Positions 19,442 through 27,487 of a DNA stretch of 64,000 bases are shown here, piece by piece. The DNA comes from an uncultured bacterium (GTDB taxonomy: Bacteria > Krumholzibacteriota > Krumholzibacteriia > JACNKJ01): positions 1,792,001-1,856,000 of the forward strand of contig CAVOFT010000001.1 of assembly GCA_963695095.1 (NCBI GenBank), written 5' to 3'. The position numbers and the translations under genes were made by a program. Positions within the stretch are counted from its first letter, which is position 1. The number at the start of each line of letters is the position of its first letter. The notes below the pieces were generated by a model. The model saw nothing but the letters and a program-made list of their open reading frames with translations. It was not told where the DNA came from and did no database searches.

Positions 19442-20584
19442 ATGGACTTCCAGCTCTCCGAACAGCATCGCATGATTCGCGATCTGGCCCGCGATTTTGC
19501 GCGCGGGGAGATCGAGCCCGTCGCGGCCCGCCTCGACGCGGAAAAGGCCTTTCCGCACGAGATCCTCAGCAAGGCGGCCGGCCTCGGGCTGATGGGCATC
19601 ACCGTGCCGGCCGAGTACGGCGGGGCCGGCCTGGACATGCTGGCCTACATCCTCGTACTGGAGGAGGTCGCCAAGGCCTGTGCCTCCACCTGCGTGATCC
19701 TGTCCGTGCACAACACCCTCGCCAACGGCAGCATCCTGCGCTTCGGCAACGACGCTCAGCGGCAGCGCTGGCTGCCGGATGCGGCCGCCGGGCGCACCCT
19801 GGGCGCCTACCTGCTCACGGAGCCGGGAGCGGGCAGCGACGCCGCCAACCTGAGCTGCCGCGCCGAGACGGTGCCGGGCGGCTGGCGCCTGCGCGGGAGC
19901 AAGGCCTTCATCTCGAACGGAGCCCAGGCCGACTTCGGCATCATCTACGCCGTCACCGATGCCGGGCAGGGCGCGCGGGCCATCAGCGCCTTCATCCTCG
20001 ACCTCCACGCCGAGGGCGTCCAGCGCGGGCCCGAGGAGCGGAAGATGGGCCTGAACGCCTCTTCCACCGTGATGGTGACGCTGGAAGACGCCTTCGTGCC
20101 CAGCGATGGGCTCCTGGGCGAGCTGGGCCAGGGTCTCAAGATCGCGCTCGCCATGCTGGACGCGGGCCGCATCGGTATCGCCGCCCAGAGCCTGGGCATC
20201 GCGGAGGCCGCGCTGGACGAGTCCCGCCGCTACGCCTCCGAGCGCGAGCAATTCGGCGCGCCGATCGCCAGCTTCCAGTCCATCCAGTGGCATTTGGTGG
20301 AGATGGCCCTGCAGGTGGAGGCCTCGCGGCTGCTCACCTATCGGGCCGCCGTGGAGTACGGCGCGGGCCGGCCGATCACCAAGGGTGCGGCCATGGCCAA
20401 GCTCTTCGCCAGCCGGGCGGCCGTGTTCTGCGCCGAGAAAGCGGTGCAGGTGCACGGCGGCTACGGCTACCTCAAGGATTTCAAGGTAGAGCGGCTGTTC
20501 CGGGACGCGCGGGTGCTGGAGATCTACGAGGGCACCACAGAGGTGCAGCACCTCGTGATCGCCCGGCAACTCGCCGCCGAGTGA
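19442..20584 (+). CDS. Acyl-CoA dehydrogenase
   Basis: LTEPGAGSD, GSKAFISNG, REQFG, HGGYGY, IYEGT. Confidence 0.95.
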   Translation: MDFQLSEQHRMIRDLARDFARGEIEPVAARLDAEKAFPHEILSKAAGLGLMGITVPAEYGGAGLDMLAYILVLEEVAKACASTCVILSVHNTLANGSILRFGNDAQRQRWLPDAAAGRTLGAYLLTEPGAGSDAANLSCRAETVPGGWRLRGSKAFISNGAQADFGIIYAVTDAGQGARAISAFILDLHAEGVQRGPEERKMGLNASSTVMVTLEDAFVPSDGLLGELGQGLKIALAMLDAGRIGIAAQSLGIAEAALDESRRYASEREQFGAPIASFQSIQWHLVEMALQVEASRLLTYRAAVEYGAGRPITKGAAMAKLFASRAAVFCAEKAVQVHGGYGYLKDFKVERLFRDARVLEIYEGTTEVQHLVIARQLAAE

Positions 20585-20604
20585 TTCCAGGCGCAAGGAG
20601 GGGC

Positions 20605-21375
20605 ATGAAGATCGCGGTGATGGTGAAGCAAGTGGCCGATACTGCGGCCAAGATCGAACTCCTGCCGGACGCCAGCGCCGTCAAGCTGGCGGGCGTCCAG
20701 CTGGTGCTCAATCCCTATGACGAGTTCGCCGTGGAACAGGCCATCCGCGTGAAGGAAGCGGCCGGCGGCGAGGTGATCGTCTTCAACATCGGCCCCGCAT
20801 CGGCGGACGAGGCTGTGAAGACGGCCCTGGCCATGGGTTGCGATCGCGCCGTGATCCTGCGCGACGAGGCGGCGCTGAGTCTGGACGCTGCCGGCGTGGC
20901 GGCCGCGCTGGCGGCCATGATCGAGCGCGAGGGGGGCTGTGATCTGGTCTTCTGCGGCAAGCAGGCCACGGACGACGACAGCCACCAGGTGGGGCCGGCG
21001 GTCGCCGAACTGCTCGGCCTGCCCGCCGTCACCTTCATCACCGCTTTCGACCTGACCGGCAACGATGCCACGGTGGGGCGCGAGGCGGACGGTCAGCGGG
21101 AGACTCTCTGCGTGACGCTGCCGGCCCTCTTCAGCTGCCAGAAGGGGCTCAACGAGCCCCGCTACCCGAGCCTGCCCGGCATCATGCAGGCCGGCCGCAA
21201 GCCGCGGGTGACGCTGAGCCTCGCCGAGCTGGGCCTGAGTCCCAGCCCGCAAGTGTTGCGCCGTGCGCTCAGCGCGCCGCCCCCGCGGGCGGCGGGCAAG
21301 CTGATGGCGGGCGAGATCCCCGCTCAGGTCAAGCAGCTCGTCGAGCTGCTGCGCGGCGAAGCCAAGGCCGTCTAG
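20605..21375 (+). CDS. etfB: Electron transfer flavoprotein beta subunit
   Basis: VKQV, NPYDEFAVE, GKQATD, NEPRYPSL. Confidence 0.95.
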   Translation: MKIAVMVKQVADTAAKIELLPDASAVKLAGVQLVLNPYDEFAVEQAIRVKEAAGGEVIVFNIGPASADEAVKTALAMGCDRAVILRDEAALSLDAAGVAAALAAMIEREGGCDLVFCGKQATDDDSHQVGPAVAELLGLPAVTFITAFDLTGNDATVGREADGQRETLCVTLPALFSCQKGLNEPRYPSLPGIMQAGRKPRVTLSLAELGLSPSPQVLRRALSAPPPRAAGKLMAGEIPAQVKQLVELLRGEAKAV

Positions 21376-21416
21376 GCCCCGACATTCCCGGACCCTCGAC
21401 GAGGAGGATAGCGACG

Positions 21417-22397
21417 ATGGCAGTGATCTGGGTCTACCTGGAAACCAAGGGGCAGGCGCTCAGCAAGGGCTCCCTGGAGGCGCTGGGCGAGGCGAGGCGG
21501 CAGGCCGACGCCACGGGCGGCAGCGTGACGGCCATGCTCATCGGCGCCGGCGTGGCGCCCCTGGCGGCGACGGCGGGCGCACAGGGCGCCGACCGCGTCA
21601 TCCTGGCGGAGGATGCGGCCTACGCCGACTTCAACCTGGAGATGCACACCCAGCTGGCCGGGCGAGCGCTCGCCGGCGGCGAGGCCGAGCTGCTGCTGAT
21701 GACGGTCAGTACGCACACGCGGGAGCTGGCTGCCCGCCTGGCCGCCCAGCTCGGCACGGGCCTGGCCGCCGATTGCGTGGAGCTGATTCGCGAGGGCGAC
21801 ACGCTGCTCTTCAAGCGCCCCATCTACGCCGGCAAGGCCTTCGAGACGATCGCGCTGTCCGGCAAGCCTGCCATCGCCACCCTGCGGCCCAACAACTTCG
21901 CGGCCATGGCCCCGGAGCCCGGCCGGCAGGCGGCCGTGCAGCCGCTGGCGGGGACCCTGGATCCCGCCGGCCTGCGTCTGGTCGTGAAGGAGGCCGTGGC
22001 CGCCGCGGCCGACCGCGTGCCGCTCGCCGAGGCGAGCATCATCGTTTCGGGCGGCCGGGGCGTGAAGGGCCCTGAGCACTTCGCCCTCATCGAGGGCCTG
22101 GCCGCGGTGCTGGGGGCCGCCGTCGGCGCCAGCCGGGCGGTCGTGGACGCGGGCTGGCGCCCGCATGCGGAGCAGGTCGGTCAGACGGGCAAGACCGTCA
22201 GCCCCGTGCTCTACATCGCCTGCGGCATCTCGGGGGCCATCCAGCATCTGGCCGGCATGAGCTCGAGCCGCTTCATCGTCGCCATCAACAAGGATCCGGA
22301 AGCGCCGATCTTCAAGGTGGCCGACTATGGCATCGTGGGGGACCTCTTCGAGGTGCTGCCGCTCTTGACCGAGGAGTTCAAGCGAGTGCTCAGCTGA
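21417..22397 (+). CDS. etfA: Electron transfer flavoprotein alpha subunit
   Basis: [36 protein letters not shown]. Confidence 0.95.
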   Translation: MAVIWVYLETKGQALSKGSLEALGEARRQADATGGSVTAMLIGAGVAPLAATAGAQGADRVILAEDAAYADFNLEMHTQLAGRALAGGEAELLLMTVSTHTRELAARLAAQLGTGLAADCVELIREGDTLLFKRPIYAGKAFETIALSGKPAIATLRPNNFAAMAPEPGRQAAVQPLAGTLDPAGLRLVVKEAVAAAADRVPLAEASIIVSGGRGVKGPEHFALIEGLAAVLGAAVGASRAVVDAGWRPHAEQVGQTGKTVSPVLYIACGISGAIQHLAGMSSSRFIVAINKDPEAPIFKVADYGIVGDLFEVLPLLTEEFKRVLS

Positions 22398-22481
22398 TCG
22401 CCGCCGGCCGGCGCCGCCATCCAGGTCCATGATCAATCGCGACCGGCGGCCTGGGCAGCGGATCGGAGAGGGCAGTGCCCG

Positions 22482-22613
22482 CAAGGAAAACGGGATGACC
22501 TTTTGGCCACCCCGTCTTCCTTGAGAGCAATCCCTATACCTAAAGAGAGAAAGGCAATGGCATAAGCCTTTCAGATGCCGCCATTTAAGTCCACGGGGGG
22601 CTTGCCTGACGAC
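22482..22613 (-). ncRNA. Candidate small RNA (~130 nt)
   Basis: Own promoter upstream; internal hairpin GAAAGGC/GCCTTTC; 19-bp terminal hairpin that pairs fully (with G-U) only on the minus strand; lower GC than flanks. Confidence 0.55.
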
Positions 22614-22619
22614 ATCGGG

Positions 22620-22648
22620 ATACTAGCACAAGGTCTGCGGGCGTGCAA
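22620..22648 (-). promoter_or_regulatory. sigma70-type promoter of the candidate sRNA
   Basis: Minus strand TTGCAC-N17-TAGTAT with extended TG. Confidence 0.65.
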
Positions 22649-22732
22649 GCGGCGCCACGGCCTTTTGACAGGACTCACGGAAAATCGCCTAACAGATTGC
22701 TAATACATAAGTTACAAGGTGGTAACGGGTCG

Positions 22733-23710
22733 ATGAAGCGGGTCTTCAGTGGCATCCAACCCTCGGGAGAGCCGCACCTGGGCAACTACGCGGGCGCCCT
22801 CCTCAACTGGGTGCGGCTGCAAGCTGAGTACGAGTGCATCTACTGCGTCGTCGACTATCACGCGATCACGCAGAGCTACGAGACAGCGGCGCTGGCGCCG
22901 CGCACCCTCGACATGGCGACGGCGATCCTCGCCGCGGGCGTCGATCCCGAACGGGCGACGCTCTTCGTGCAGTCGGCAGTGCCCGAGCACACCGAGCTGG
23001 CCTGGCTGCTGAACTGCGTGACGCCCCTGGGCGAGCTGGAGCGCATGACGCAGTTCAAGGACAAGGCGGCCCGCGACCGCAAGAACATCAACGTGGGGCT
23101 GCTGGCCTACCCGGTGCTGCAGGCGGCCGACATCGCCCTCTATCGCGGCGAGCTGGTGCCGGTGGGCGAAGACCAGGTGCAGCACCTCGAGCTGGCCCGG
23201 GAGATCGTCCGCCGCTTCAACGCCCGCTTCGGCGAGGTCTTTCCCGAACCGCAGCCCCTGCTCACGACGGCCAAGCGCATCCTGGGCCTGGACGGCCAGG
23301 CCAAGATGAGCAAGAGCCTGGGCAACACGCTCGCCATGCTGGCCGACGCCGAGGAGATCTGGGCGAAGCTGCGGCCGGCGGTGACCGACGTGCGCCGCGT
23401 CCGGCTCAGCGACCCGGGCGAGCCCGAGGACTGCAACATCTTCACGATGCACAAGGCCTTCACGGGCGAGGAGCGGCGCGCGGAACTGGCCGCCGGCTGC
23501 CGGGGCGCGACGATCGGCTGCATCGAGTGCAAGCGGGTGCTGGCGGACAATCTCGATGCCGAGCTGGCGCCCGTGCGCGAGCGCTATCTCAGCCTCAGCG
23601 CGCATCCCGAGCGGGTGCGAGAAGTGCTCGCGGCGGGCGCTGCGCGCTGCCGGGGCATCGCCCGCGAGGTGCTGGGCCAGGCACGGGCGGCCATGGGGCT
23701 CCTGGGCTGA
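22733..23710 (+). CDS. trpS: Tryptophanyl-tRNA synthetase
   Basis: SGIQPSG..HLGNY, YPVLQAADI, VPVGEDQ, KMSKS. Confidence 0.97.
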   Translation: MKRVFSGIQPSGEPHLGNYAGALLNWVRLQAEYECIYCVVDYHAITQSYETAALAPRTLDMATAILAAGVDPERATLFVQSAVPEHTELAWLLNCVTPLGELERMTQFKDKAARDRKNINVGLLAYPVLQAADIALYRGELVPVGEDQVQHLELAREIVRRFNARFGEVFPEPQPLLTTAKRILGLDGQAKMSKSLGNTLAMLADAEEIWAKLRPAVTDVRRVRLSDPGEPEDCNIFTMHKAFTGEERRAELAAGCRGATIGCIECKRVLADNLDAELAPVRERYLSLSAHPERVREVLAAGAARCRGIAREVLGQARAAMGLLG

Positions 23711-23714
23711 GCCG

Positions 23715-24635
23715 CTAGCGCCCCGCCTGATCCCTGAGGAGGGTGACGCGCAGCAGGCCGTCGCGCCCCGGGGGATTGCCCTTGAAGCTGAGTCCCTCGT
23801 ACGCGATCTGGCCGTCGGCGAGCAGCAGGCGTTCCTCCAGGCGATCCGCGAGCCACTGGGCCCGCGCCGCCGCGAGCGGGGCGCTCTCCGCGTAGGACTC
23901 CACTCGGATCGCGCGGTCGGGCGCGCTCAGGATCTCCCGCAGCAGGCGGTCGATGCGCCCCTCCGCCTCGGGCAAGGGGCGGGCTTCCCGGGTGATGAAG
24001 AACTCCGCGGCCGCCGCCTCCAGGCGGAGGTTCTTGCCCTCGCTGTAGGCCAGGGTGGGCAGGACGAAGGTGCTGCCCGCGTACTGGTAGCGGTTGGTGC
24101 CCGAATCCTCGATCGTGAAGAGGAAGGAATAGGGGAAGCCGGGCCGGAGCATCTCGCCGTGATCGCTGCGGCCGTCCCAGGCGAGTTCCAGCGGCGGCAT
24201 CCCGTCGCCGTCCAGGCGCCGGAAGCTCTCGCCGCGATAGTCCGTGATCTCCAGCCGCCAGTGCCTCACGTCCGCGCCGACCGCAAATCCCGTGCGGAAG
24301 GTGGTCACCGGCGCCCGCGTCACCGCGCGGCTGCCGAAGTCGGGGATCACCGGGCAGTCGACGCGCTCGCTGTCGAAGAGATAGGGGTTGAAGCTCTCCA
24401 GGGGCGCGTACTCGAAGAGGAGCTGCTCCACCTCGGTGCTGCCATCGTCGAGTTCCTCCGGCCGGGGGTGGAAGTCCAGCTCGGTCTTTTCCACCTGGAG
24501 GCGGAACTCGTTATCGTCGACGACCTCGAGTTGCTGGATGGCCGCGGGCGGCGGCGCGGACTCAGCCGCTGCGGCGGCCAGGGGCGTCGCCAGCAATCCC
24601 AGGACGGAGACGATCAGCGCGAGGGGCGATTTCAT
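23715..24635 (-). CDS. Secreted protein with FlgD-Ig-like domain and degenerate OmpA-C-like domain
   Basis: Signal peptide; WRLEITD...LAWDGRSDHG; C-terminal F....A.P...IRVESYAE..LAAARA. Confidence 0.7.
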   Translation of the reverse strand: MKSPLALIVSVLGLLATPLAAAAAESAPPPAAIQQLEVVDDNEFRLQVEKTELDFHPRPEELDDGSTEVEQLLFEYAPLESFNPYLFDSERVDCPVIPDFGSRAVTRAPVTTFRTGFAVGADVRHWRLEITDYRGESFRRLDGDGMPPLELAWDGRSDHGEMLRPGFPYSFLFTIEDSGTNRYQYAGSTFVLPTLAYSEGKNLRLEAAAAEFFITREARPLPEAEGRIDRLLREILSAPDRAIRVESYAESAPLAAARAQWLADRLEERLLLADGQIAYEGLSFKGNPPGRDGLLRVTLLRDQAGR

Positions 24636-24652
24636 GTGGGCCTCCACGGGCA

Positions 24653-25993
24653 TCAGCGCAGTCGGAAGACGATGGTGAGCACTCCCCACTGCTCGGCGGA
24701 GTTGCCCGCCGGCAGGGGACTGAAACGCCAGTCGGCCAGGCAGCGCTTGGCCGCCTCGTCGAGCACCTGGTGGGGGCTCGCCTGCTCGACGAACACCTTC
24801 TTGATGCTGCCGTCCGGCAGCACGGTGAAGTAGATGCTGACCGTGCCCAGCCAGCCCTGTTGCTTCGCGGCGGCCGGATACGCGGGCGCCCGCGAGCTCA
24901 GGATGTCGCGGCCCAGGATGGGCCCGCTCAGGGTCATCGAGACGCCCTTGTCGGCCTGCCCGCCGGCGGCGGCCTCGGCGGGCGCAGCCGCCGCGGCGCT
25001 CGTCGGCCGCTCGGGCTCGATACTGCGGGCGATGGCCGGGGCCGGACGCGGCTCGCTCTCGAGGCGCTTCGCCAGCGGGCCGGCGCGAGTGACTGCATCC
25101 GCACCGCCCCGGGAGATGAGGCCCGTGCCGCGGCCGGGCTCGGCGGCCCCGGCCCCGGCCAGCGCGTCGTCGCCCAGGCCGCTCGCGCCGGAGCCGACCT
25201 GCAGCGAGGCGAGGGCGGTCAGGCGCTCCCGACTGCCGTCCTTGGCGACCAGATTGCCGCGCGGCAGCTCGCCGCGATAGGCCTCCTTGCCCTCCGCGAG
25301 CGTGCCACCCACGAGATCGGGGTGGCCGCCGGCCAGTCCGCCCGCGGGCACGGCCAGCGTGAGGGCAGCGCCGGCGAGCGCGGGCCCCTCGCCGCCCTCG
25401 ACCTTGAAGAGGGCCTCATCGCCCAGGCGGGCGCTGCGCCCGACGAGCATCTGCCCCTTGAGGTTCACGTCCTCGGCGCCCATCATCACCCGGCGGGGGT
25501 TGTCGGTGAGGCCGGCGCTGAGCAGCAGCTGATCCTCGCGCAGGCGGGGGACGGCGGGGCCGTCGGTCCGGCGCTGGCGAGACTTGAGGGCCTGCGCCGC
25601 GAAGGGGTTCGTGGCATCGCGCGGCGCCGGCAGCGGCGGCGGCACCGCGCTCAGCGCGGGCGTCGCCGGCTGGGCCTGCGGCTCGCCCTTGGCGAAGAGC
25701 GAGCCCTCGAGCGCCGGCGGCTCCTGCTTGGCGGGTATCGCGTCGGGAGGGGCCAGCTTCTCGGGCGCGAGGCTGACCTGCTTCGCGACGGCTTCGCCGT
25801 AGCGGGCCTCGATGTAGGAGATCTCCGTCAGCTTCCGCGTCTCCGCGAGCTGCCGGGCGCCGAGGCCGCCCAGCAGGAGGAAGAGCAGCAGGTGCAGCCC
25901 CGCCGACAGGACGAAGCCGAGATTGGTGTCGGAAGCCAGGCGACGGCGCCAGGGGCGCGGCGGCCGGCCCTTCTGCGGGGGGTTCAGGCTCAC
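24653..25993 (-). CDS. TonB family energy transducer
   Basis: TM with SAGLH (S-x3-H) motif; long linker; PAYPAAAKQQGWLGTV..F.V..DG...LDEAA....WRF. Confidence 0.88.
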   Translation of the reverse strand: MSLNPPQKGRPPRPWRRRLASDTNLGFVLSAGLHLLLFLLLGGLGARQLAETRKLTEISYIEARYGEAVAKQVSLAPEKLAPPDAIPAKQEPPALEGSLFAKGEPQAQPATPALSAVPPPLPAPRDATNPFAAQALKSRQRRTDGPAVPRLREDQLLLSAGLTDNPRRVMMGAEDVNLKGQMLVGRSARLGDEALFKVEGGEGPALAGAALTLAVPAGGLAGGHPDLVGGTLAEGKEAYRGELPRGNLVAKDGSRERLTALASLQVGSGASGLGDDALAGAGAAEPGRGTGLISRGGADAVTRAGPLAKRLESEPRPAPAIARSIEPERPTSAAAAAPAEAAAGGQADKGVSMTLSGPILGRDILSSRAPAYPAAAKQQGWLGTVSIYFTVLPDGSIKKVFVEQASPHQVLDEAAKRCLADWRFSPLPAGNSAEQWGVLTIVFRLR

Positions 25994-26406
25994 GGCGTGG
26001 CCTCTCCCTTCTTCTGTTCGGTGGCCAGGGCGATGCGCGGCGCCCCGGCGCGCTGCACGGCGGCCAGCAGGAGCTCGATGTCGCCGTAGGCAATGCCCTC
26101 ATCGGCCTTGATCACGGCCATGCTGCTCGGCTGGCGGGCGAAGATGGCGGACAGCCTCGGTTCGAGCTGATCCAGCGTGACCGGCATCTCGTCCACGGCC
26201 AGGCTGCCGTCCCGGGCGAAGACCACCTCCACCTTGTCCTGGTCCTCGGTTTCGGTGGCGGCGGCGTCGGGCAGATCGACATCCGTCTCGCTGCGGTTGA
26301 GGAAGGGGCTGATCACCATCAGGGTCAGGACCACGACCAGGGCGACGTTGATGATCGGCACGACGTCCGCCTTCGGCGCGGGCAGACCGGAGGATTGTCT
26401 GCGCAT
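25990..26406 (-). CDS. ExbD/TolR family protein, non-canonical (Asp to Asn in the TM)
   Basis: ADVVPIINVALVVVLTLMV TM, VDLP, IKAD..I.YG. Confidence 0.88.
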   Translation of the reverse strand: MRRQSSGLPAPKADVVPIINVALVVVLTLMVISPFLNRSETDVDLPDAAATETEDQDKVEVVFARDGSLAVDEMPVTLDQLEPRLSAIFARQPSSMAVIKADEGIAYGDIELLLAAVQRAGAPRIALATEQKKGEATP

Positions 26407-26408
26407 GG

Positions 26409-26837
26409 CTACTGCTCCTTCGCGCGACCCAGCAGGGCGAGGCCTTCGGCCCCGTTCTGCTTGAGGATGTCCATCACCGTGACCACGTTGCCCAGGCGCA
26501 CCTCCGGCTCGGGCACGATGATCACGGTGCGATCGTTGCTGGACGCCAGACGCGTGCGTGTCAGGTCCGCCAGCTCCGTGAGATTCACCAGCCGTCCATC
26601 GACCTGGATGCTCTCGGCCGTGACCAGCACGGTGAGCTTGTCGACGGCGCTGTTCTCCTTGCGGGTGACTTCCGACGTCGTCGCCGCCCGCGTGGCGTTG
26701 ACCTGGATGCCCGACCACAGCAGGGCCGGCATGGTCATCAGAAAGACGACAATCAGCGTGGTCACCACATCCGCGAGGGGAACGATGTTCGCCTCGGCGA
26801 TGCTGTCCAGTCGAGCGCGGCGCGTGCGGGCCATCAC
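26409..26837 (-). CDS. ExbD/TolR family protein, canonical
   Basis: EANIVPLADVVTTLIVVFLM TM; VTVMDILK..G. Confidence 0.88.
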   Translation of the reverse strand: MMARTRRARLDSIAEANIVPLADVVTTLIVVFLMTMPALLWSGIQVNATRAATTSEVTRKENSAVDKLTVLVTAESIQVDGRLVNLTELADLTRTRLASSNDRTVIIVPEPEVRLGNVVTVMDILKQNGAEGLALLGRAKEQ

Positions 26838-27460
26838 TCCACCGGCCGGCTGTTGACGTACTTCCAGAACTCGTTGCGCGCGTCGTCAGCGTCCATGGCC
26901 CGCACGCGGATGCTGCGCGTGAAGGCGTTGTAGCAGATGGTGGCGATGACGGCGACCACGATGCCGGCCGCTGTCGTCAGCAGGGCCTCGGAGACGCCCA
27001 TCGCGATCACCGACGAGCCGCCGCTGCCCGTGACGGCGATGTCGCGGAAGGCGCGGATGATGCCGATCACCGTGCCGAAGAGCCCGAGCAGGGGCGCGAT
27101 GTTCGCCAGCGTGCCCAGCACGACGAGGTGCTTCTCCAGCTTGAGCTGCTCCTTCTCGATCTCCGTGTCCATGATCTGGTCGACCTGCTCACGGCCGGCG
27201 CTGAGATTCTCCACCGCGGCGCTCATGATGCGGCCGAGCGAGCCGCCGCCCTTCTCGCAGTAGCGCGCGAACTCGCCGAGCTGGTTGCGCGAAAGGTGCT
27301 TGCGCATGGCGGCCTTGAATTCGCGGGTCGAGTAGCGCGTGCGCAGAAAGTAGATCCAGCGCTCGAAGGCAAAAGTGACCACGACGATGCTGCAGGCGAT
27401 CAGCACCAGCATCGTCTGGCTCTTGAAGAACATCGCCATCATGTTGTTGTCCGAGAGCAT
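26834..27460 (-). CDS. ExbB/TolQ/MotA family proton channel
   Basis: APLLGLFGTVIGII.AF, GVSEALLTTAAG; AAGGAG RBS. Confidence 0.93.
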   Translation of the reverse strand: MLSDNNMMAMFFKSQTMLVLIACSIVVVTFAFERWIYFLRTRYSTREFKAAMRKHLSRNQLGEFARYCEKGGGSLGRIMSAAVENLSAGREQVDQIMDTEIEKEQLKLEKHLVVLGTLANIAPLLGLFGTVIGIIRAFRDIAVTGSGGSSVIAMGVSEALLTTAAGIVVAVIATICYNAFTRSIRVRAMDADDARNEFWKYVNSRPVE

Positions 27461-27487
27461 TCCCACTCCTTTGCGGATCCGTCCGGG

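Noticed and set aside
22690..22714. AT-rich IHF-like site before trpS, with a similar stretch at 45293-45317
   Set aside because: Only partial match to WATCAANNNNTTR; cannot be supported without a PWM
22400..22732. T-box or 6S RNA upstream of trpS
   Set aside because: No T-box UGGnACC motif, and no long 6S-like rod with a central bubble recognised
23715..27460. Ordinary Tol-Pal or TonB uptake operon
   Set aside because: No tolB/pal or TonB-dependent receptor; two ExbDs; coupled to a PorV-like barrel and cargo
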